Source: Dickeya solani IPO 2222 (lineage in GTDB: Bacteria; Pseudomonadota; Gammaproteobacteria; Enterobacterales; Enterobacteriaceae). From it: a DNA stretch of 32,000 nt. Location: assembly GCF_001644705.1 (NCBI RefSeq), contig NZ_CP015137.1:2310001-2342000 (forward strand), given 5' to 3'. A model generated the notes under the pieces. It saw only the letters and a list, made by a program, of their open reading frames with translations. It was not told the DNA's origin and did no database searches. The position numbers and the translations under genes are program-made. Numbering within the stretch: the stretch's first letter is position 1; each line of letters begins with the position of its first letter. This document shows, piece after piece, positions 8,950 through 17,061 of the stretch.

Positions 8950-10457
8950 CATTACACTGGCAGCGCGCCATTGATGAGGCGCGTGCGATCGCTCAATCCT
9001 GGAATCAGCCCGGCGAGCCGGGCGGCGCCATGACGTTGTTCGACGGCGAGCAGATCCGTGCCGCCTGCTGCGGCGGGCTGGCGGATTTGGCGCAGAATAC
9101 CCCATTCACCACCCAGAGCGTGGTGCGTTTCGCCTCGGTGACTAAACACCTGTTTGCTTCACAGGTGACGGGAGCCGCCAGCCATGCGCTGGCATTGACC
9201 GACCGTCTCGATCAACACCTGCCGCAGTTGACCGGCGAAAACGGCAAGGTGACGGTCGGACAGGCGCTGGACATGACCTCCGGCCTGCCGGACGTGCGCG
9301 AAAGCCTGTCGCTGCTGGGGTTGTCGGTGTACAACGCCACCTCGGCCGACAGCTTGCTGGCGTTTCTGGCGGACAACGGCGACCTGAATTACCCGGCGGG
9401 CAGCGAGATCTCCTACACCAATACCGGTTACCGGCTGGTGGAAGAAGCGCTGAAAGCCAAAGGTATCTATTTCGCCGACCTGCTGCGCCAGCACGTAAAC
9501 CAGCCGCTGGAGATCGCGCTCAGCGCGCCGGAAACCTGGTTTAATATCGTGCCCGGACTGGTGCCGGGCTATTGGCCATCGCCGCAGGGCTGGCAGTTGT
9601 CCTGCGCCGGGCTGCATCTGTCCACCTCCGGCTGCGTCACCGGCAGCGTGCGCGATCTGACGGTCTGGCTGCAATCGCTGCTGAACAATCAGGGGCCGGG
9701 CGAAGGCGTGCTGGCGCGTCTGTCCCAGCCGCGTTACCTGCGCGACGGTCGCATCACCGGTTACGGGCTGGGCGTGGCGCACAGCCGCCTCGGTGATGCG
9801 CTGCTGGTAGGGCACGGCGGTTCTCACGCGGGTTATAAGAGTTATTTTCTGCTCGACCCGGTATTGCAGGTCGGGGTGGCGCTGGTCGCCAACCGGGAAG
9901 ATGTCGCTACTTACGACAGCGTGCTGCGGGTGATGTCCGTCTTGCTGGATCAGCCGCTGCCGGCGCGCGGGCATAACCTGACGCCGGGTCTGTACGCGGC
10001 GGAGCAGGGCGGTCACTGGCTGGAAGTGAAAGGACCGGGCGCCTGCTGGCTGGGCGCGACCGAAACCCTGTACCGCAGCGATGAGCCGGGCGTGGCGGTG
10101 TCGTTGTCCAGTCATCTGCCGATGACGCTGCGGCAAAACGGCATGGCGATCGAAGGGGAAATCGGTCACGCGCCATGCCGCTTTCTGCCGGTGGAAGCAG
10201 ACAACAGCGTGACGCAGCTGCAAGGCCGCTGGTACTGGCCGGATACCCGTAGCGAACTGGTGATTGACGGCGATCGTATCGTGATGGGGCTTGGCCCGGC
10301 GGCGATCGCCGGTTCTCTGCAATCACTCGGCAACGGCCGCGCGCTCGCCACGGTGCAGGACGGCCCGTGGGAGAAACGCTTCTCGCTGCAGGTACAAGAC
10401 GGTCAACTGACGCTGCTGCTGAATCGCAGCCGGGTGGTGCGCTATCGGCGCGGGTGA
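8946..10457 (+). CDS. D-aminopeptidase-like serine hydrolase (peptidase S12, beta-lactamase fold plus C-terminal barrel domains), 503 aa
   Basis: SxxK motif (FASVTKH), YxN motif (SYTNTGY) and HGG motif (VGHGGSHAG), spaced as in class C / DAP-type enzymes. About 170 extra C-terminal residues resemble those of Ochrobactrum DAP. ATGA overlap with the upstream ATPase gene. Confidence 0.75.
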   Translation: MTLHWQRAIDEARAIAQSWNQPGEPGGAMTLFDGEQIRAACCGGLADLAQNTPFTTQSVVRFASVTKHLFASQVTGAASHALALTDRLDQHLPQLTGENGKVTVGQALDMTSGLPDVRESLSLLGLSVYNATSADSLLAFLADNGDLNYPAGSEISYTNTGYRLVEEALKAKGIYFADLLRQHVNQPLEIALSAPETWFNIVPGLVPGYWPSPQGWQLSCAGLHLSTSGCVTGSVRDLTVWLQSLLNNQGPGEGVLARLSQPRYLRDGRITGYGLGVAHSRLGDALLVGHGGSHAGYKSYFLLDPVLQVGVALVANREDVATYDSVLRVMSVLLDQPLPARGHNLTPGLYAAEQGGHWLEVKGPGACWLGATETLYRSDEPGVAVSLSSHLPMTLRQNGMAIEGEIGHAPCRFLPVEADNSVTQLQGRWYWPDTRSELVIDGDRIVMGLGPAAIAGSLQSLGNGRALATVQDGPWEKRFSLQVQDGQLTLLLNRSRVVRYRRG

Positions 10458-10604
10458 GGTGCGTTTGTATTGCTATTTAGCCATCGCCGGGTCTTCTTGT
10501 TGCGACCAACTCTAAGTCAGCAAAGGCTATGGCTAGCCTATGCTTCAAGGCAGGGGAGGAGGTATCTCCCCTCTGCCATGATCATTAGTGAAGGTGTTAT
10601 TACA

Positions 10605-11924
10605 TCAATCGTTCCTGCTGGATGAGACTCCCCGCAGGCCGCGCGCGGTCGCAGGCGTACCCGGTGACTGGAGTATGAAGGCATCCGATGGGCCGACTTC
10701 AATCTCACAGATCTCAAGGCCGAGCTGACGACCATCGTTTGACGCGGTCATGGTAATCGTTTCGGCACAATCGATCGTCAGCCGCAGAATGTCGCTGGAT
10801 TGGTTTAGCTCTTGATGCGGTATGAGCGCATCAAAAACCACAACGAACGTGCTTTCTGACCAGCGGTTTAGGGTGGCGGGGTACTCATCAACTTTCAATG
10901 TGAGCTCATCAACCTGGCGTGTCGACAGTATGTTGGTAACTCTAAACCGTATCAGAATATCCCGGTCTTTCCTGAATGGAATATCGATGGTTGCTGTCGG
11001 CGTCGGACCCATCCAACGGCTGAACTTGTGTTCGTTGCGTTCACGGCAATGCCACCCTGTGCCGTTCAATGGTTGTGACATATCCACAACAGTCCAGCCG
11101 GCCGGGCGAATCAAAGCCTTGCGGTAGTTATCCTCCGCGGCGCTCGCAAAATCCACACCATAGGTCGCCTGGAAACGCGCCATTTGCTCGTCGTAGAGTT
11201 CACGGGCAATGGCAACGATTTCCTGGTCGAGATCAATCAGCTGATTGGCCGCTGCTATCGCCTCTTCGCTTAAGCTCGGCTTTTGCTGTTTACTGGCGTG
11301 TATATTGAGCGGCTGTGGCTGGTCTGGAGGGAGCGATAGCCATAATTGCAGCGCGGATAGCGACCGTCCAAAATCCTCCTGGAAGCCGATAAAAGACAGC
11401 GAGCGCAGCGTTTTCTCCGCCCGTTGCCGAACGAAAGCCCGGAAGTCCTGATTATTGGGGGAGCCGTTTCGCCAGGCTTGGCGGTATTCCCCCGGTGCAC
11501 AGGCCAATTGGCAGGTGATTTGGTTCCAGTTAATGTATTGGGATTGCGGATGGCTAAAAAATGCTACCTGATCATTGCGGGCCAAATCGCGAATCAGTTC
11601 ACCACCAGGTATAACGGCAACTTCATCGTCAGTCCAACGGTGCACCATCCACCAGTTAGACACCACCCTGTCCAGCGGGTCTCGTAAAAAGCACATGGTC
11701 GCGACGTTCGATATTTTTTCAGGCCAGTACCAACTGCCGAATGGGTCATGAATAAAACGCGCCCGTGCCAGCCGGTTCGGCTCAAGTTCAACATCGCCGG
11801 AATTCATCTCACTGTAGTGTTCTTCTAAGTGAATACACTCATCGGACGGAAAAAAGTTTTGCAAATACTTTAGCAGCGATGTGCCTGCGCACTTATTAAT
11901 ATGGTGAAAAACAATACGAGGCAT
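10605..11924 (-). CDS. Sulfotransferase-family protein with an unassigned C-terminal domain (439 aa)
   Basis: 5-prime-PSB-like motif HHINKCAGTSLL at residues 7-18. 3-prime-PB-like motif FLRDPLDRVVSNW. The C-terminal ~170 aa (GWHCRERNEHKFSRWMGPT...) resembles the GW..E....RW accessory domain seen on some polysaccharide-modifying enzymes. The gene and flanks have visibly lower G+C than neighbours. SD AAGG lies upstream of the ATG. Confidence 0.65.
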   Translation of the reverse strand: MPRIVFHHINKCAGTSLLKYLQNFFPSDECIHLEEHYSEMNSGDVELEPNRLARARFIHDPFGSWYWPEKISNVATMCFLRDPLDRVVSNWWMVHRWTDDEVAVIPGGELIRDLARNDQVAFFSHPQSQYINWNQITCQLACAPGEYRQAWRNGSPNNQDFRAFVRQRAEKTLRSLSFIGFQEDFGRSLSALQLWLSLPPDQPQPLNIHASKQQKPSLSEEAIAAANQLIDLDQEIVAIARELYDEQMARFQATYGVDFASAAEDNYRKALIRPAGWTVVDMSQPLNGTGWHCRERNEHKFSRWMGPTPTATIDIPFRKDRDILIRFRVTNILSTRQVDELTLKVDEYPATLNRWSESTFVVVFDALIPHQELNQSSDILRLTIDCAETITMTASNDGRQLGLEICEIEVGPSDAFILQSPGTPATARGLRGVSSSRND

Positions 11925-12140
11925 ACCTGACCTTTACTTCCCGTAATAACATACATTAGAAGGAATTGTATTTTAATTATTCATTTAATCATAGTAACAA
12001 CGTGTTACATATTGTGGACTTAATCATTTGTTGCGAGCTGGATCGCTGCTATCGTCTGCTGTCCGGTTGGTTATCGTTACTGCCATCCGTTCGTGAAGAT
12101 GCATGGTGTGGGATTCCGCTTGGCTACCTGGTGACGGATG

Positions 12141-12177
12141 GCGCCAACTATATACGCCAACTATTACGCCAACTATT
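12141..12177. repeat. Tandem repeat, 3 copies of (A/G)CGCCAACTAT(T/AT), 12-13 bp unit
   Basis: Read directly: gcgccaactatat / acgccaactatt / acgccaactatt, 44 bp downstream of the iaaA stop. Confidence 0.8.
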
Positions 12178-12220
12178 AACTGTGCAAACACGAACTATGC
12201 AGACACGGCCGGGATCATTT

Positions 12221-13180
12221 TTACCGATAAATCCCCACGACCGCGTCTTCACCGACGTAACCATAGCCGCGGTACATGCCTTCGCTGTTGAACGGCAGTG
12301 CGATATTGCCCTGATGGTCAACGGCGATCAGTCCGCCGCTGCCGCCCAGCGCCAGTACTTTTTCCATGACGACGTTGTCGGCGGCTTGCGACAGCGGCAG
12401 GTTACCGTATTCCATCAACGCCGAAACGTCGTACGCCGCGACGGTGCGCATGAACACCTCGCCGGTGCCGGTGCAGGAGACGGCGACGGTGCGGTTGTTG
12501 GCGTAACAGCCTGCGCCGACGATCGGTGAGTCGCCGACGCGTCCGGCGCGTTTGTTGGTCATGCCGCCGGTGGAGGTCGCCGCCGCCAGATTACCGCCTG
12601 CGTCCAGCGCTACCGCGCCGACCGTGCCGAACTTGCGATCCGGATCGAGCGGATCGGAGCCCTGCGCCTGACGTTCGCCATCGTGATCCAGCAGGATCTT
12701 GCCGTCGCCTGTCTGCGCTTTCAGCAACTGCTGGTAGCGCTCATCGGTGGAGAAAAAGTCCGGTTCGACCATCTCCAGCCCCTGCTCGCGGGCGAACGTT
12801 TCAGCGCCTTCCGCCGTAAACATCACGTGCGGGCTGCGCTCCAGTACCGCGCGCGCCGCCAGAATCGGGTTGCGGATGTGGTTAACACCGGCGATGGCGC
12901 CCGCTTCCAGCGAACGGCCGTCCATGATGCTGGCGTCCAGTTCGTGGGTGCCGCGGTGGGTAAACACCGCCCCTTTGCCCGCATTGAACAGCGGACACTC
13001 TTCCAGCAGGCGCACCGCTTCGGTGACCGCATCCAGCGCGCTGCCGTTGGCCGCCAGGATTTCCTGACCGCGGGCGACGATGCTTTGCAACGCGGCGCGA
13101 TAGCGCTGTTCTTTCTCGCTGTCCATCGCCGTGCGACTGAGCGCACCCGCGCCGCCATGAATCACAATGACCGGTTTCAT
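12221..13180 (-). CDS. iaaA: Isoaspartyl peptidase / L-asparaginase (Ntn-hydrolase, IaaA/YbiK type), 319 aa
   Basis: MKPVIVIHGGAGALSR N-terminus and autoprocessing region DRKFGTVGAVALD (nucleophile Thr). Length matches E. coli IaaA. ATG at 13180 is preceded by GGAGAG. The track ORF start at 13198 is a GTG inside the repeat array. Confidence 0.85.
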   Translation of the reverse strand: MKPVIVIHGGAGALSRTAMDSEKEQRYRAALQSIVARGQEILAANGSALDAVTEAVRLLEECPLFNAGKGAVFTHRGTHELDASIMDGRSLEAGAIAGVNHIRNPILAARAVLERSPHVMFTAEGAETFAREQGLEMVEPDFFSTDERYQQLLKAQTGDGKILLDHDGERQAQGSDPLDPDRKFGTVGAVALDAGGNLAAATSTGGMTNKRAGRVGDSPIVGAGCYANNRTVAVSCTGTGEVFMRTVAAYDVSALMEYGNLPLSQAADNVVMEKVLALGGSGGLIAVDHQGNIALPFNSEGMYRGYGYVGEDAVVGIYR

Positions 13181-13191
13181 CGTCTCTCCGT

Positions 13192-13271
13192 TATTCACGA
13201 TACTGTTTTTTCACAATACTGTTTATTCACAATACTGTTTATTCACAATACTGTTTATTCACAATACGGTT
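13192..13271. repeat. Tandem repeat array, 5 x 16 bp (consensus TATTCACAATACTGTT)
   Basis: Read directly. Units are at 13192, 13208, 13224, 13240 and 13256. The three central copies are nearly identical and the outer ones have 1-2 changes. The array fills 80 of the 108 bp between the M55 gene stop and the iaaA start. Confidence 0.95.
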
Positions 13272-13288
13272 GATGTTCGCCATACCGC

Positions 13289-14110
13289 TTAGTTCTGCGT
13301 GGTTGCCAGATAGGAAAATGCCCCCAGCAGGCTGACGATCGGCGCGATGGTCGGGGATTGATAACCCACGGTGACGGCGTCTTTGCGGGTGACGCCCGGA
13401 ATCAGGCAGAACAGGTCCGCCAACACCGGTTTGGCGACCATCAGCTCCAGCTCATACGGTGGTTGCAAACGGGTGGTCGTCTCTTTATGCGCCTGTTGCA
13501 CTGCCTGAGTCGCCGCCAGCCGGATGGCGTTGCGCGCCGCTTCGGGACTCAGCGACTCCGCCGCGGTCTGGGAAATGGCGCGTTTCACGCAGGCGTAGTG
13601 GGCGGCCGGGTAGTAGCGGTTGATCCAGCTTTGCAGCGTGTCGTCGCCGCTCACCAGCCACAGCGGGGTGTTCAGCTCCGCGCCGGCGGCGGCGTAGATA
13701 TCGCTTTCGCCCATCACTTCGCCGTTGATGCGCACCCGGTAAAACGCCCGGCCGTTGATGGTGTGCGCCAGCACGCCGTGTTCTCCGGCGGCGCTGTGGT
13801 AGCCGATGAACATCAGGCCATCGAACTGTTGCTGTTGCAAGCCTTCCACCATCGACAGACCGCGCGGTTTGCCCTGTACCAGCCGGGCGCGCGGGTCGAT
13901 ATTTTCAGCGCGCAGGTTGGTCATGGCGGCGTGGCTGTCGGCCACCACCACTTCGCTGGCGCCGCCGGCGAACGCGCCTTCAATGGCGGCGTTCACTTCC
14001 TGCTCCATCAGCCCACGGGCTAACTGGTATTCCGGCGTGCCGGGGCTGCACTGTTCCGGGCGCATCACGCCCGCGATGCCTTCGATATCCGCAGAAATAA
14101 ATACTTTCAT
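13289..14110 (-). CDS. D-aminopeptidase DppA family (peptidase M55), 273 aa
   Basis: MKVFISADIEGIAGV N-terminus, plus VVADSHAAMTNL, SMVEGL, FIGYHS and LVSGDD. These align with Bacillus DppA (M55) as I recall it. Confidence 0.85.
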   Translation of the reverse strand: MKVFISADIEGIAGVMRPEQCSPGTPEYQLARGLMEQEVNAAIEGAFAGGASEVVVADSHAAMTNLRAENIDPRARLVQGKPRGLSMVEGLQQQQFDGLMFIGYHSAAGEHGVLAHTINGRAFYRVRINGEVMGESDIYAAAGAELNTPLWLVSGDDTLQSWINRYYPAAHYACVKRAISQTAAESLSPEAARNAIRLAATQAVQQAHKETTTRLQPPYELELMVAKPVLADLFCLIPGVTRKDAVTVGYQSPTIAPIVSLLGAFSYLATTQN

Positions 14111-14142
14111 GTCAGCGTCCTTATCGCCTGTTCATCAGGCGG

Positions 14143-15201
14143 TTATGCGGGAAAATCCTGTGCCAGACGGTCCAGCACCTGCGTCAGCGCCGGGCGATGG
14201 TGGCCGCGAAAACCGGTGACGGCCTCTGCCTGCAGCAGGGCATCCAGCACCGCGTGTTCGGTGGCGTCGGCCGCCGCGTTGAGCAGTGGTTCCAACTGCG
14301 CGTCTTCCGGCGGTTGGGGTGTCGGTTGCGTGGAAAAGGCCACCGCGATATCGCCGGAGCCGTGTCCCCAGTAGCTGCCGAGCCGCCCAAGTCCGGCGCC
14401 GGCGCGGCGAGCGATGCGGGTCAGCTGGCGGGCATCCAGCGCGGCGTCGGTGGCCATGATGATGATGATGGAGCCGGCGTCTCGTTGGGGCGCCAGTTCC
14501 GGTAACAGCGGCGCAATCGCCTCGCCGACCTGCACGCCGTCCAGCGTCAGGGCGGGAAGGGCGCCGAAATTGGCCAGCACCAGCACGCCGAGGGTGGCGT
14601 TCAGTTCCGGAATCAGCCGGGAAGCGGTGCCGATGCCGCCTTTGAGCGCAAAGCAGCTCATGCCGCGCCCGGCGCCGACGCTGCCGCGGGCAAAATCGGC
14701 GGTAGCGTTGTCCAGCGCCGCGCGCGCCATCGCGTCGGTTACCGCCAGCGCCTGAATATCGTTGAGCCAGCCGTCGTTGCACTCCAGCGCCAGCGGGTTG
14801 ACGGTCGGCAAACTGCGCCCCAGTTCTGGGTTGCGGCCAATGGCGTCGCGCACCAGCGTGGTAAACAACGTGCCGACCGACAGGGTATTACTGAGCAGGA
14901 CAGGCGTCTGCAAGCGTCCCAGCTCTTCAATTTGCACCAGCCCCACCGGTTTGGCGAAGCCGTTAAGCACCGCCGCGCCGCAGGGCAACGGTTGTGTAAA
15001 CAGGTTATCGCCGGGCGGTACGATGGCGGTGACGCCGGTCTGAATCTCACCCTGCGCCAGCGTATGGTGACCGACCCGCACGCCGGGCACGTCGCTCAGG
15101 CGATTGTGCGGGCCGGGAGACATGCGCGGCGTGCCGAGCTGGCGTTCCGCGCGCCAGCGTTGCAGCAGCGGCGCCAGTCGTGCCTGTTGATAAGGAGTCA
15201 T
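14143..15201 (-). CDS. DmpA/P1-family aminopeptidase (peptidase S58, Ntn-type, L-aminopeptidase/D-esterase or beta-aminopeptidase-like), 352 aa
   Basis: NRLSDVPGVRVGHHTL, TGVTAIV, GAGRG and KGGIGTAS are present. A self-cleavage-type site DAG|SIIIIMATDAAL and GSGDIAVAFST are also seen. ATG at 15201 (MTPYQQ) lies 11 nt after the upstream stop. The track ORF to 15369 overlaps the permease gene. Confidence 0.85.
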   Translation of the reverse strand: MTPYQQARLAPLLQRWRAERQLGTPRMSPGPHNRLSDVPGVRVGHHTLAQGEIQTGVTAIVPPGDNLFTQPLPCGAAVLNGFAKPVGLVQIEELGRLQTPVLLSNTLSVGTLFTTLVRDAIGRNPELGRSLPTVNPLALECNDGWLNDIQALAVTDAMARAALDNATADFARGSVGAGRGMSCFALKGGIGTASRLIPELNATLGVLVLANFGALPALTLDGVQVGEAIAPLLPELAPQRDAGSIIIIMATDAALDARQLTRIARRAGAGLGRLGSYWGHGSGDIAVAFSTQPTPQPPEDAQLEPLLNAAADATEHAVLDALLQAEAVTGFRGHHRPALTQVLDRLAQDFPA

Positions 15202-15212
15202 GGTGTCTTCGC

Positions 15213-16115
15213 TCAGCTTTTCAGTTTCGGGTCCAGCGTGTCGCGCAGCGCGTCGCCCAGCAGGTTGAACGCCAGCACGGTGCAGAAGATAGCCAGACCG
15301 GGGAACACGCTCACGTGCCATTGTCCCGCCATCATCATGCTGCGGCTCATCGCCAGAATGTTGCCCCATTCGGGTACGTCAGGCTCCGGTCCCAGGCCGA
15401 TGAAACTCAGGCCGGCCGCGGTCAGGATACTGGTGCCGATGCGCATGGTGAAATAAACAATCACGTTCGACAGGGTGCCCGGCAGAATATGGCGCAGCAG
15501 AATCACCCGGTCCGGCGCGCCGGCGCAGCGCACCGCTTCGACGTAGGCCGCTTGCTTGAGCGACAGCGTGGAGGCACGCACGATGCGGGCGAATACCGGC
15601 ACGCTGAACACCGCCACCGCGATAATCACGTTATTGAGACCGGGGCCGAGGATCGCCACCACCGCGATCGCCAGCAGCATACCGGGAAAAGCAAACAAGA
15701 CGTCGCAGCCGCGCATGATCAGCATATCGATGCTGCGGCCATAATAGCCCGCCAGCAAGCCGAGAGCGATGCCCGCCAACATACCGAGCGAGACCGAGAC
15801 GATGCCGATGTAGAGCGAAATGCGCGCGCCGTAAATAATGCGGCTCATCACGTCGCGGCCCAGATCGTCGGTGCCCATCCAGTGGCTGGCGGAAGGCGCT
15901 GCGCCGAGCGACATCCAGTCCGGATCCATTGGGCTCCGGGGCGCCAGCCAGGGGGCGAACACCGCCACCAGCACCAGCAGCAGTACGAAACCGCCGGAGG
16001 CCAGCGCCATCGGGTTACGGATGAACGCATGCAGAAAATCGCGCCACGGTGAACGAATCGTACTGTTGTTCAGGGCGGATGGGCTCGCCACGGTCGGCTC
16101 TTGAGAAGTGTTCAT
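15213..16115 (-). CDS. ABC peptide transporter permease (GsiD/DppC-like), 300 aa
   Basis: OppC_N-like SHWMGTDDLGRDVMSRIIYGAR followed by a permease core. Confidence 0.9.
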   Translation of the reverse strand: MNTSQEPTVASPSALNNSTIRSPWRDFLHAFIRNPMALASGGFVLLLVLVAVFAPWLAPRSPMDPDWMSLGAAPSASHWMGTDDLGRDVMSRIIYGARISLYIGIVSVSLGMLAGIALGLLAGYYGRSIDMLIMRGCDVLFAFPGMLLAIAVVAILGPGLNNVIIAVAVFSVPVFARIVRASTLSLKQAAYVEAVRCAGAPDRVILLRHILPGTLSNVIVYFTMRIGTSILTAAGLSFIGLGPEPDVPEWGNILAMSRSMMMAGQWHVSVFPGLAIFCTVLAFNLLGDALRDTLDPKLKS

Positions 16116-16123
16116 CGCAGCTC

Positions 16124-17044
16124 CTAACGCAGACGAATGGCCGGGTTCACCACCGCGTACAGCAGGTCGACCAGCAGGTTAATCAGGATAAATTCAAACA
16201 CGAACAGCATCACCAGCGCCTGAATCACCGGCTGATCCTGCGTCTTGATGGATTCGATCAACAACCAGCCAAGCCCCGGCCAGTTGAACACGCTTTCCAC
16301 CACAATAGAGCCGCCCAGCAGAAAACCGAACTGCAACCCAAGCATGGTGATCACCGGAATCAGCGCATTGCGCATAACGTGTTTCCAGACGATCAGCCGC
16401 TGGCGCAGCCCTTTGGCGCGGGCGGTACGCACATAATCTTCCTGCATCACTTCCAGAAACGCGGAGCGGGTAAAGCGCGCCATGACGGCGGCCACCGAGG
16501 CGCCCAACGTTAGCGCGGGCAGAATAATGTCAGCCGGTTTGTTGTAACCGCTGACCGAAAAAATGCCGAACGGCATGGCGACGAATTGGATCAGCAGCAG
16601 ACCAAGCCAGAACGGCGGCATCGAGATACCGCCCACCGCCAGACTCATTAGCGACCAATCCTGCCATTTGCCGCGTTTGAGCGCGGCAAACACGCCGATC
16701 AGCAAGCCGAGCAGCACCGACCAGGCGAAGCCGGCCAGCGCCAGCCACAGCGTCGGCATAAAACTTTTCTGGATGACGGTCAGCACCGGCTGTTGGGTGC
16801 GGTAGGTGATGCCGAGATCACCGTGCGCTAGCCCGTCCAGCCAGTTGAGGTATTGCTGCGGCAGCGGATCGTTCAACCCCAGACGCTCACGGGCGGCTTC
16901 CACCGCCTCGATGGGGGCGTCGGGGCCGGCGTAGATCCGCGCCGGGTCACCCGGTAACAGCTTGATAAAACCGAACACCAACAGGGAGATCACCAGCAAA
17001 ACCGGGATCATTTCCAGCAAACGTCGGACGATATAAGCAAACAT
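16124..17044 (-). CDS. ABC peptide transporter permease (GsiC/DppB-like), 306 aa
   Basis: Same length as E. coli GsiC, with long recalled identities (LPGDPAR, TLGASVAAVMARFTRS, DYVRTARAKG, MLGLQFGFLLGGSIVVE.VFNWPGLG, INPAIR). Confidence 0.9.
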   Translation of the reverse strand: MFAYIVRRLLEMIPVLLVISLLVFGFIKLLPGDPARIYAGPDAPIEAVEAARERLGLNDPLPQQYLNWLDGLAHGDLGITYRTQQPVLTVIQKSFMPTLWLALAGFAWSVLLGLLIGVFAALKRGKWQDWSLMSLAVGGISMPPFWLGLLLIQFVAMPFGIFSVSGYNKPADIILPALTLGASVAAVMARFTRSAFLEVMQEDYVRTARAKGLRQRLIVWKHVMRNALIPVITMLGLQFGFLLGGSIVVESVFNWPGLGWLLIESIKTQDQPVIQALVMLFVFEFILINLLVDLLYAVVNPAIRLR

Positions 17045-17061
17045 GGCGATCCCCTGTGTGA

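Noticed and set aside
9159-10322. 387-aa minus-strand ORF opposite the S12 D-aminopeptidase gene
   Set aside because: This is a shadow ORF with an R/Q/H-rich low-complexity translation. The plus-strand frame has SxxK, YxN and HGG motifs in the correct order.
10524-10572. Small hairpins (aggcta/tagcct and aggggag/ctcccct) between the convergent D-aminopeptidase and sulfotransferase genes as terminators
   Set aside because: The stems are only 6-7 bp with no adjacent U-tract on either strand. This is too weak to call.
11925-12220. Search for a RaxX-like small tyrosine-containing peptide gene next to the sulfotransferase
   Set aside because: Only very short ORFs are present on the minus strand. 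The longest, MHLHERMAVTITNRTADDSSDPARNK (26 aa), has no Tyr, no SD and no leader-peptide features. There is no support.
11966-12529. 187-aa plus-strand ORF starting in the AT-rich spacer and running antisense into iaaA
   Set aside because: It has a non-ATG start, no SD and an implausible N-terminal sequence. Most of it is the antisense shadow of iaaA.
13192-13271. Possibility that the 16-bp and 17-bp arrays (also 18770-18857) are CRISPR arrays
   Set aside because: The units are directly abutting with no unique spacers. They are shorter than CRISPR repeats, and no cas genes are present.
13192-13271. Possibility that the TGTGA motifs in the 16-bp array are CRP sites
   Set aside because: The TGTGA pentamers are in direct, not inverted, orientation with 16-bp periodicity. 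No TGTGA-N6-TCACA dyad is formed.
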